Source: Kofleriaceae bacterium (GTDB lineage Bacteria; Myxococcota_A; Polyangia; Haliangiales; Haliangiaceae). From it: a DNA stretch of 64,000 bases. Positions 54,070 through 62,100 of this stretch are shown here, piece by piece; positions within the stretch are counted from its first letter, which is position 1, and every line of letters starts with the position of its first letter. The stretch is from positions 128,001 to 192,000 of the forward strand of contig CBDCCZ010000003.1 in NCBI GenBank assembly GCA_965215005.1. Direction: 5' to 3'. The notes under the pieces are model-generated. The model did no database searches. It was not told the origin of the DNA and saw only the letters and a program-made list of their open reading frames with translations. A program made the position numbers and the translations under genes.

Positions 54070-54758
54070 CCAACGCCGCGCACCGACTTGATGAGCATGG
54101 GCTCGCGAGCATCGTCGCCGAGCTTGGTGCGCAACAGTGACACCCGCCGATCGATCGAGCGATCGAGGCCGTCGTGGGCGATACCGCGGGTCTCGCGATA
54201 GATGCGATCGCGGCTGAGAGCCTCACCAGCATGGCGCACAAGCAGCCAGAGCAGCTCAAACTCCGCGCAGGTCAGCTCGACGCGTTTGCCGGCGACGGTG
54301 GCGGCGCGGGCGGCGGGATCGACGAGCAGCGCGCCCACGCGAATCGGCCGCGGCACGTCGAGTTCGCCTTCTAGAACCGAGCTAGCGCGACGAAGCAGCG
54401 AACGCACCCGCGCGAGTAAGAGCCGCGGTCGCAGCGGCTTGCGCACGAAGTCATCGGCACCCAGCTCGAGCGCGACGATCTCATCGACGTCTTCGCCACC
54501 CGCCGAGATTACGAGGATTGGTCCCGAGAAGCTCTGGCGCACGCGCCGGCAGACCTCGAAGCCATCGATATCGGGCAGCGCCGTGCCGACAATCATCAGA
54601 TCGGGTGGCCGCAGAGCCGCGTGCTCGCAGCCGCCGAGCCCCGAGTCTTCGACGTCGACGACGTAGCCATTGGCCATCAAGTACTCGCGGACCACTCGCG
54701 CCAACAGCGCATCGTCCTCAACGAGCAACAGTTGCTTCACTCGCTCCACACAAGCCAT
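54045..54758 (-). CDS. OmpR-family response regulator, atypical receiver
   Basis: LLVEDD, GADDFVRKP and winged helix (EFELL, IKSVRGVGY); the phosphoacceptor position reads IVGTALP. Confidence 0.92.
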   Translation of the reverse strand: MACVERVKQLLLVEDDALLARVVREYLMANGYVVDVEDSGLGGCEHAALRPPDLMIVGTALPDIDGFEVCRRVRQSFSGPILVISAGGEDVDEIVALELGADDFVRKPLRPRLLLARVRSLLRRASSVLEGELDVPRPIRVGALLVDPAARAATVAGKRVELTCAEFELLWLLVRHAGEALSRDRIYRETRGIAHDGLDRSIDRRVSLLRTKLGDDAREPMLIKSVRGVGYLLAARC

Positions 54759-55002
54759 CGCCGCGTCGGACCATCGCATAGCCGAGCGGCCAGCGGAAGG
54801 TCCTATGAAAAGCGACCATTCCCGCTTGCCGCCTCATGAAAATACCTAGGAATCTCGAACTGCTATGACCACCCACGCAGCGTTTCGATGCTGGCCGCAG
54901 GGGACACGTGGCGACGTTGGTTGCTTGCACACAACTGGCTGCAGTCGCCGGCTGGGGCCCAAGGAGGTGCCGCCAACCGGCTGAATTGGCGTAGGCGGGT
55001 GT

Positions 55003-55018
55003 GGGCCCAATGCTTGCT
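55003..55018 (+). promoter_or_regulatory. Putative sigma54 promoter
   Basis: GGGCCCAATGCTTGCT (GG-N10-GC) upstream of the ATG at 55031. Confidence 0.45.
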
Positions 55019-55030
55019 AGGTCGGCGCCT

Positions 55031-57187
55031 ATGGCGAATCGCCTCGGCGTTGTCTCGGTGTTACTGCTCGCTTCCGCCTGTGCGGCCGATCTGGCTCCTG
55101 AGCCGGAAGGCGAGGACGTTGGTGACGTGTATGAGGAGACGGCGGTCGTCGACTGCGAGGTTATCGTGGCTGGCGGCTCCACGGCGGCCCTAGCGGCGGC
55201 GCTGACGGCGGCGCGGGAAGGCGCGCAAACGTGTCTGCTCGAGCCAACGGATTGGGTGGGCGGACAGCTCACGGCGAGCGCGGTACCTGCAATTGACTTC
55301 GCGTGGCACAAGGTCGGCGAGCTCGATGTGAAGCGCGCCGCGCACGATCCGCGCAACATTCCCCGCGAGCTCAATGAGCTCTTGGCCGCCGTCGGCAATC
55401 CCGGCAGCTGTTGGGTGTCGCGCAACTGCTTTCGCCCCGATGCGTTCCATGACAATCGCCTGCAGCCCGCCATCGCGGCGCAGTCGCGGCTACAGGTGTT
55501 TCTCAACACGGTCGTCAAAGATGTGGTTACTCAGCCTGGCGTCGAAGACACGATCATCGAGTCGCTGGTGGCCATCCGTCGCACCGCTCGTCCCGGCGTC
55601 GATGCGTGGGACCGCCGGCTTTCCGCAGAGCTTGGCGACTGGTACTCCCCCACTAGTTCGGCGCGTTTCGTCAAAGAGACGCTGCGGTTTCGCGGCGTCG
55701 GCGGAGCCATTCCGATCGTCATCGATGCGACTGAGCTAGGTGACGTGCTGGTGCTTTCGGGTGCTCCGTATCTGCAAGGCGCGGAGGTGCTCGATGGCAC
55801 CACCGAGCTCGCCGACGACCGCTGTGGCCAGGCCGCCGTAGTGCCGTTCGCGATGAAATATCACACCGGTCCCCGCACCGAGCCGCCGGTTCCGCTGCCC
55901 ACCGAGCACCGAGACTTCTATGGCCTCGGAGCGCACAGCTGGGAGCGCATCTGGAGCTATCGCCGAATCATAAAGGCGCCAGGACAAGCTCTCTATGGCG
56001 ACGTAACGCTGCAGAACTGGAATCCGGGAAACGATTTCCCCTTCGGATATTTGCTACTCGGCGCCGCAGCCACTGAAGCGCAGCGCAGCAACTGGCAAGG
56101 CGGTGTAGATCTCACCGCGCTCGCAGCCTTGGAGCTCCACGCCTATGGCTTCTACAATTGGTTCAAAGCCCGCGCGCCCAACGGCCAGTCGAGCTGGCTC
56201 ACTCTCGATCGGGAGATCCTCGGCAGCTCGACAGGGTTGGCCAAGATGCCCTATCTCCGTGACACGCGGCGCAGCGTAGGGCTCGACGGCTTCGTCCTCG
56301 CCGGCCGGCACTTTCGCGGCACCGCCGCCGACGTCACTGGCACGCGCTTCGCCGACCGCGTTGCGATCGGCTCCTACGTGGTCGACATTCATCCGCTGCA
56401 CACCTGTCGGTTGCCGAGCTGGGCCTTTGGCAGTCCGCTCACGCTGCCGTACTTCATTCCGTTTCGCGCGCTCACCAATGCCGACCTCGAGAACCTCCTC
56501 GTCGCTGGCAAGACGATGGCGCAGTCCTCCCTTGCCAATGCCGCAACCCGGTTGCAGCCCACCGAATGGTCGACTGGCATCGCCGCGGGTGCTGCCGCGG
56601 CGCATATGCGCGCCGCGGGACTCGAGACCACGCGCGAGGCGCTGCAGAACATCGGCGCGATTCAGGCGCGCATTCGCAACCACGCGCCGATCGACTGGAC
56701 CATTGACGGCAACACCTATCCCGCCGCCAACGAGGTGCTACCGCCGGTTGCGCAGACTATTTACTGTCCAGATGGAGCCCGCTTTGACGAAGGCTATGGC
56801 TTTTGCGTCTCGGGTGAGCACGCCTGGGGGCCCTTCACCCATGGGATGATCGAGCGCTGCAACGCCGCCGGCGGCGGCAACGCCTGCTCGCAAACCACCG
56901 TCACCACGATCGCCGGACGCTCCGTTCGACTACGCCGGTGGGCCAAGAGCTTTGCGCGCACCATTCGCGGCGACGGCTCGTGCCCGCTGGGCGCCGAACG
57001 CTCCGCCGAATACCTTGGCCACTGCACGGAACGCTACTTTGACGGCCAAGCCTGGCAGCACGACGTGTTTGGACCTTTCGGTGCTGACCTCGTCGAGGCG
57101 TGCTCACGCGCCGGCGGCGGCAACGCCTGCGTAACACACCGCTGGGGCGCACCGTTCTTCCGCCAGCTCGTCGGCTCGCTGCGCTAA
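55031..57187 (+). CDS. FAD-dependent oxidoreductase lipoprotein with C-terminal Cys repeats
   Basis: Lipobox ASAC; VAGGSTAALAAA, EPTDWVGGQLT, IDATELGD, PYLRDTRR, NAATRLQP; two GPF...C..AGGGNAC repeats. Confidence 0.88.
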   Translation: MANRLGVVSVLLLASACAADLAPEPEGEDVGDVYEETAVVDCEVIVAGGSTAALAAALTAAREGAQTCLLEPTDWVGGQLTASAVPAIDFAWHKVGELDVKRAAHDPRNIPRELNELLAAVGNPGSCWVSRNCFRPDAFHDNRLQPAIAAQSRLQVFLNTVVKDVVTQPGVEDTIIESLVAIRRTARPGVDAWDRRLSAELGDWYSPTSSARFVKETLRFRGVGGAIPIVIDATELGDVLVLSGAPYLQGAEVLDGTTELADDRCGQAAVVPFAMKYHTGPRTEPPVPLPTEHRDFYGLGAHSWERIWSYRRIIKAPGQALYGDVTLQNWNPGNDFPFGYLLLGAAATEAQRSNWQGGVDLTALAALELHAYGFYNWFKARAPNGQSSWLTLDREILGSSTGLAKMPYLRDTRRSVGLDGFVLAGRHFRGTAADVTGTRFADRVAIGSYVVDIHPLHTCRLPSWAFGSPLTLPYFIPFRALTNADLENLLVAGKTMAQSSLANAATRLQPTEWSTGIAAGAAAAHMRAAGLETTREALQNIGAIQARIRNHAPIDWTIDGNTYPAANEVLPPVAQTIYCPDGARFDEGYGFCVSGEHAWGPFTHGMIERCNAAGGGNACSQTTVTTIAGRSVRLRRWAKSFARTIRGDGSCPLGAERSAEYLGHCTERYFDGQAWQHDVFGPFGADLVEACSRAGGGNACVTHRWGAPFFRQLVGSLR

Positions 57188-57314
57188 GCGGTCTTGAATA
57201 AGGGAGGCGACCGAGGCACCTTCGCGCGTGTCTTCACTTGCGGGGTCTTGCTCTTCGGCGCGATGACGGCCGCGTGCGTTGCCGTTGTCACTCCCATAGC
57301 GCGGAGGCGACCGT

Positions 57315-57469
57315 GGGGCTATGGACATGCCGGGGCGAGGACAAGTCCTATCCGCTCCGCGGTGCCCTATGCACAGCTCGCCTTCGGCCACCTGCGCATA
57401 GGACAATGAACTTGCCCACGCCTCTTGGACAACCCTCCTTCGTCGGGTTGCCCACCTGCCCACAGCCCC
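57315..57469. repeat. Second palindromic (MITE/IS-end-like) element
   Basis: Terminal inverted repeats GGGGCTATGGACA / TGCCCACAGCCCC with internal hairpins. Confidence 0.6.
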
Positions 57470-57472
57470 GAG

Positions 57473-57625
57473 TAGTACGCCGCCGCGGGATTGATGACGC
57501 AGAAATCCGCCGCCCCGATGCGGGGCAAGGGCGGCAGATTTCTGCTGCTCAGGCGCCCCGTTCGGCGTCTCCCCAAGCGATTGTTGTTTTTCTAGCGGTT
57601 CACGACTTCCGCCGTGAACCACTAG
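57473..57625 (+). repeat. 150-bp palindromic element, copy 3
   Basis: TAGTACGCCGCC...GTGAACCACTAG; TAG to TAG spacing 150 bp; 7 mismatches to copy 4 by eye. Confidence 0.95.
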
Positions 57626-57830
57626 CCCTTTAAATGGGAACACAACAAGAACGCGAACCGCATGCGTGACGAGACCAACACTTGGCTCACCGCCGGCGGG
57701 AATGCTTGTTCACCGGCAAGGGGCAATTAAGCCGGATCACCCGAAGGTGCTCCGAGAGGAGTTGCAGTCCATCTGATGCTGGGCGTCGAGCCAGCCGGTC
57801 TACCTCTCGCATCGCTTTGCGGGGGAAGTC

Positions 57831-57911
57831 TCTCGCCTGGCGCAGGCTTGCATCTGGCATTCTGCGTCTGGCGCAGGTCTGCGTCTCGCGCAGGTCCGCC
57901 TCCAGCGCGAG
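57831..57911 (+). repeat. 17-bp mini-palindrome tandem array upstream of the transposase
   Basis: TCTGCGTCTGGCGCAGG and TCTGCGTCTCGCGCAGG plus degenerate flanking units. Confidence 0.7.
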
Positions 57912-58057
57912 CACGCGCCGCAGAGCGCAAGTACTCGCCTGGCGCGGCCGGTCCTTCTCGCCAGTGCCGATGCCCGCGCTGGGTCTGCACCTCTGGGCGC
58001 CGGCCGCGCCGGGGGCAAACTGTCAGACGCGCGTGAGAGATTGTCTGCCGATTGAAG

Positions 58058-58717
58058 ATGGTGGGCACGAAGTTCAAAGTGAAGACTCGGAGGAAGCGAC
58101 ACCGGCAGGAAGCGTTCGCGTTTCGCACCTGGGGTGGCAAGCGCGAGGGTGCTGGGCGCAAGCCGACGGGCAAGCGCGCCGGGGTGTCCCACGCGCCGCG
58201 TGCGCGCATTCGCCGCACGACGCCGGTGCACGTCACGCTTCGCATGGCGCCGCATGTCTACAATCTGCGCAGCAGGCGGTCGTTCCGGGTCATTCAGCAG
58301 GCGTTGTTTGCGGCTAGCAATCGCCTAGGCACCAAGATTCTCGAGTTCTCGGTGCAGGGCAACCACGTGCATCTGCTCGCCGAGACGCAGGACGACGCTG
58401 CGCTCTCCCGAGCGATGAAGGGCTTGTCGGTGCGCCTCGCTCGGGGCCTCAACAAGATGATGGGCAAGCGCGGCCGGGTGCTCGGCGACCGCTACCACGC
58501 TCACGTGCTGCGGACGCCCACCGAGGTGGTGCGCGTCCGCGCTTACATCAAGCGCAACTACCGCAAGCACGCCGCCGAGCGCGGGCACAAGCTGCCCGCG
58601 GGCTTCGTAGATCCATATTCGTCGTCGGCGCCCGGAATGCGCCGCAGGCTCGGGCTACCGGCGCCTGGCTGGCTCGCGAGCCACGGCGCCTCCGCCACGG
58701 CAGAAAACACGACGTGA
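58058..58717 (+). mobile_element. HUH Y1 transposase (IS200-like / REP-associated RAYT-like)
   Basis: PVHVTLR, FSVQGNHVHLL (HUH), DRYHAHVL, YIKRN..KH (catalytic Tyr) and DPYSS motifs. Confidence 0.88.
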
Positions 58718-58748
58718 CAGCTCGTCGCCTCGCTACGCTAACATCGTT

Positions 58749-61610
58749 TCACAGCGGCGCTGCGTCATCGAGCGGTACGTCGACCACCAGCCGGGTGCCT
58801 ATGCCCGGGCTCGAGCCGATGCGCGCGGTACCGCCGAGCTCCTCCGCTGCGAGCTTGATGGCATCCATCCCTACGCCGCGCCCGGAAATGGTCGAGACGC
58901 GCTCAGCCGTCGAAAAGCCGGGCAAGAACAACAGCTCGTCGATTTGGGTGTCAATGAGCTGGGTTGCATGCGCGGGGTCGACCAGGCCTTTATCGATGGC
59001 GCGCCGGCGGACGCGGTCGCGGTCGATGCCGCGGCCATCGTCGCCCACGGTGACGCGCAACCGTTCGTCGTCGACCTCGAGCTGCACGCGCACGATGCCG
59101 CGCTCGGGCTTGCCTTGGCGAACGCGGTCGGCTGGATCTTCGAGGCCGTGATCGATGGCGTTGCGAACCGCATGCAAGAGAATCTCGCCGAGCTTGCGCA
59201 GGCGGCTCTCTTCCACTAGTGGTGATGCTCCCTCGAACCGCAACTCGACCGGCTTACCGAGCTCTTCGCCTAAGTCGGTCGCCAGCGAGCCCAGGCGATC
59301 CGCGAGTCCACGAACGGGAACACACGTGAGCCCCCGGACCGCACGACGCAGGCGTCCATACGCTTCGTGAAGCTCGTCAGATAACGCGCGTCCCGCGCCG
59401 GTCAACGCGTCCAGCGAGGCCATCTCGGTTTGCACCAACGCCGCGCGTTCGGCTGCCGAGTGGCCAACGCCTGCTTGCGCCGCGGGCCGCACGGTGAACG
59501 CGCTGGCATCGCGAAACAGTCGCTCCAAGCGAGCCGAGGCCAGAGAGGTGCCCGCGCTCAAGGTCTGCCGCAGCGTGAGGATGCCGAGCGACTCGGCCTC
59601 GGTGGCCAGCTCTTCGAGCACGTTGACGAGCGGCGGCGGCGCGCTGGCGACGCGATCGATGGCGCGCTCGAGAAACAGTCGGCCATCGGCGCTGCGCACC
59701 TCGACCATGAAGGATTGGTAGAGGCGAAGCTGCTCGTCGAGCTCGGTGAGCCACGCCTCGACCCGGGCGGTGATACTGCGTTGCGGTCGCTCTGCGCGCA
59801 TCGCGTCGTCGAGCAGCTCGTGCAGCTCGCGGGCGTGAGCGCTCAAAGCCGGAAAGCGATAGCGTCGCGCGCATGCGGCGTAGCTATGGGCAAGCTCGTA
59901 GATACGCGCCAGTGCGCTCTTATCGCGCAGCCGCGTGCTCCAGCGCTCATACCCCCGCTGCATCTGCGAGAGCAGCTTACGCGCTTCGTCGTGAAAGCTC
60001 GCTAGGGCATCGACCACGCGCTCTTGCGGCGCGAGCGGAGCAATGGCTCGGGCGGCGTCGAGAAGCTCGAGAAGCTCGACCACCAGATAGTCATCGGGAC
60101 CGGCAACGCACGCCTCGACGTCAAAGACCATCTGCATGGCTGCTTGCGCGGCAACTCTTACGCTCTCGATAGCAAAGCTCTCTGCTGCACTTCGGGCGGC
60201 GTCGATCGCTCTGAGCAGCGCGCACATCACCAGTGGGTCTTCGCGTCGTTCGCACCAGCGATCGTGGCTTCGATCGATCTCGCTGGCGATCACCGCGCAC
60301 TCGGCGACGAAGTGCTCGGGCAAGTCCGAGCGGCCGAGCTCCGCCACTAGCGTGGTGACCCGAGCGAGCTCCTGCTCTAGGAGCGCCAGCGCTTCGGCGC
60401 GCGCCAGCGGATCGTGCAAGCTCTCCACCACCGGCACCGCAGCGCGGTGTAGCGCTCCTAGCGGCCGCACCCCGGCGGCATCGATGGCGCGCAGCAACTC
60501 GCGCCCAACGCGCTCGAGCTGACCAGCGTCGGTCGAGGCGGCTAGTACGCCGCCGCGGGATGGATGACGCAGAAATCCGCCGCCCCGATGCGGGGCAAGG
60601 GCGGCAGATTTCTGCTGCTCACCGCCCCCCTTCGGCGTCTCCCCAAGCGATTGTTGTGTTTCTAGCGGTTCACGACTTCCGCCGTGAACCACTAGGTGGC
60701 GGCAGGCGTCGACGGCTGCGATGACGCGAGCTAGCGAATCACGTCGCTGGGGCGCGTCCACCTCGGCAGAGCGGCTGAACTGCGCCGCCTCGCCGATCAG
60801 GTCGCGCAGACCGCCGATCAAGCTGCGAATGCGCGCGATCTGCTCGGGGGTGAGCGGCTCACGAGCGGCGCGCATCGGCTCGAGCTCATCTTCCGCGCTA
60901 TGCGCTGCTGCTTGCAAAGCATCGAGGTGAACCGCCCGCGCGTTGCCTTTGAGGGTATGAATGGCGCGAAAGATTTTGTGCACGGCGTGGCGCGCGGACG
61001 GGTCGGTTTGCAGGCGATCGGCCGCGGCGCTGCACTCGGTGAGAAGCCCCTGCGCTTCGGCGCGAAAGGTCTCGACGGCCACGGGATCCACGGCGGGTGC
61101 CGTCTGCGCCCGTGGCACCGAGGTCTGCTCGGAGGCGGGCACGGCCTCGGCTAGTCGTGCAAACATGAGCACGCGCACCAGCGCGCCGTCTTCATAAATA
61201 GGAGCATAGTCGAGCGCGAGCTCGGTACCGCCAGCGTCGGCGCGGCGCGGTGCTTCGTCGAGTTGCAGTGACCAGCCTTCGGAATCCGTTCCGGAGACGC
61301 ATGCGAGCCAGAGCGTCCACATGGCGGCAACGTCGGAGTCTTCTGAGACGCCGAGCGCATCGTGGAGCAAACAGCCGCGGCTCTGCTGCGCAGGCACGGC
61401 GGCGAGATTGGAGTGCAGGGTTTCGACCTCACCCGAGGTTGCATCGAACAGCACCACCACCCCGGGAAACTGCGCGAGCATCAGCTGCCCTAGCTCTGGC
61501 GCCGGCTCATGCACCGACTCGGCGATCGGCTCGATGACCTGACTTCCCATGGGCTCGTCGGCGAGCGGGAAGCTGCCGGTGCGGCGCTTCTTGAAGAATC
61601 CGCTAATCAT
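58749..61610 (-). CDS. CheA-like histidine kinase with several HPt-like bundles, no CheW domain
   Basis: FRAIHTLKG (HPt), HAVRNAIDHGLE, DDGRGID, LFLPGFSTA..VSTISGRGVGMD; ends right after the ATPase domain; carries a 50-aa repeat-derived insert. Confidence 0.9.
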   Translation of the reverse strand: MISGFFKKRRTGSFPLADEPMGSQVIEPIAESVHEPAPELGQLMLAQFPGVVVLFDATSGEVETLHSNLAAVPAQQSRGCLLHDALGVSEDSDVAAMWTLWLACVSGTDSEGWSLQLDEAPRRADAGGTELALDYAPIYEDGALVRVLMFARLAEAVPASEQTSVPRAQTAPAVDPVAVETFRAEAQGLLTECSAAADRLQTDPSARHAVHKIFRAIHTLKGNARAVHLDALQAAAHSAEDELEPMRAAREPLTPEQIARIRSLIGGLRDLIGEAAQFSRSAEVDAPQRRDSLARVIAAVDACRHLVVHGGSREPLETQQSLGETPKGGGEQQKSAALAPHRGGGFLRHPSRGGVLAASTDAGQLERVGRELLRAIDAAGVRPLGALHRAAVPVVESLHDPLARAEALALLEQELARVTTLVAELGRSDLPEHFVAECAVIASEIDRSHDRWCERREDPLVMCALLRAIDAARSAAESFAIESVRVAAQAAMQMVFDVEACVAGPDDYLVVELLELLDAARAIAPLAPQERVVDALASFHDEARKLLSQMQRGYERWSTRLRDKSALARIYELAHSYAACARRYRFPALSAHARELHELLDDAMRAERPQRSITARVEAWLTELDEQLRLYQSFMVEVRSADGRLFLERAIDRVASAPPPLVNVLEELATEAESLGILTLRQTLSAGTSLASARLERLFRDASAFTVRPAAQAGVGHSAAERAALVQTEMASLDALTGAGRALSDELHEAYGRLRRAVRGLTCVPVRGLADRLGSLATDLGEELGKPVELRFEGASPLVEESRLRKLGEILLHAVRNAIDHGLEDPADRVRQGKPERGIVRVQLEVDDERLRVTVGDDGRGIDRDRVRRRAIDKGLVDPAHATQLIDTQIDELLFLPGFSTAERVSTISGRGVGMDAIKLAAEELGGTARIGSSPGIGTRLVVDVPLDDAAPL
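60543..60695 (+). repeat. 150-bp palindromic element, copy 4 (in frame inside the CheA-like gene)
   Basis: CTAG at 60542-60545 and at 60692-60695, exactly 150 bp apart. Confidence 0.96.
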
Positions 61611-62089
61611 TCGCCCTCGATGATGCGCACGCCGATGAGAATCTTCAGAACTCCGGCGCTGGTGTCGAGCGAGACTACGAGAACCTGCTCGGTCAAGCTG
61701 CGATCTTCGATCGAGCCACTGTGAATTCGCGGCGGTAAAATCTCTACTTCATAGCCAGCATCGAGGAGCAGTCCCGTTGCATTGCCGGTGATGATGTTGG
61801 CGAGCTCGCTCACCACGTCGTCGCAAACTGCTTGCTCGAGCGCATCCATCGCGTCGATGGCCATCATCTTGGTGGCAAACAGTCGCGCGAGCTCTTCGCT
61901 GAATACCCACGTGATCGGCCCCGCTAGGCGACCCGTCATCTCCACGGTGCACACCAGGCTCGGCGGCGGATCGATCGCTCGGGTGATGCTGAGCCCGGCC
62001 GGCTGCACATCGATGCCGATGAACGTCTTGATGACGTCGACGACTGGATCGACGAAGGCATTGACGACCTGTGCATTGATGTTAGCCAT
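61607..62089 (-). CDS. cheX: Chemotaxis phosphatase CheX family
   Basis: INAQVVNAF, SELANIITGNA (ExxN) and ILPP motifs. Confidence 0.85.
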   Translation of the reverse strand: MANINAQVVNAFVDPVVDVIKTFIGIDVQPAGLSITRAIDPPPSLVCTVEMTGRLAGPITWVFSEELARLFATKMMAIDAMDALEQAVCDDVVSELANIITGNATGLLLDAGYEVEILPPRIHSGSIEDRSLTEQVLVVSLDTSAGVLKILIGVRIIEGE

Positions 62090-62100
62090 CGCCCGCGCCC

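Noticed and set aside
57473..57625. 150-bp element as a tRNA or riboswitch
   Set aside because: No cloverleaf or T-loop; it occurs in both orientations and inside a CDS, which fits a mobile repeat.
57104..57643. ORFs resembling part of the CheA-like protein (also 15244-15993)
   Set aside because: The similarity comes only from the 150-bp repeat; nothing supports them as genes.
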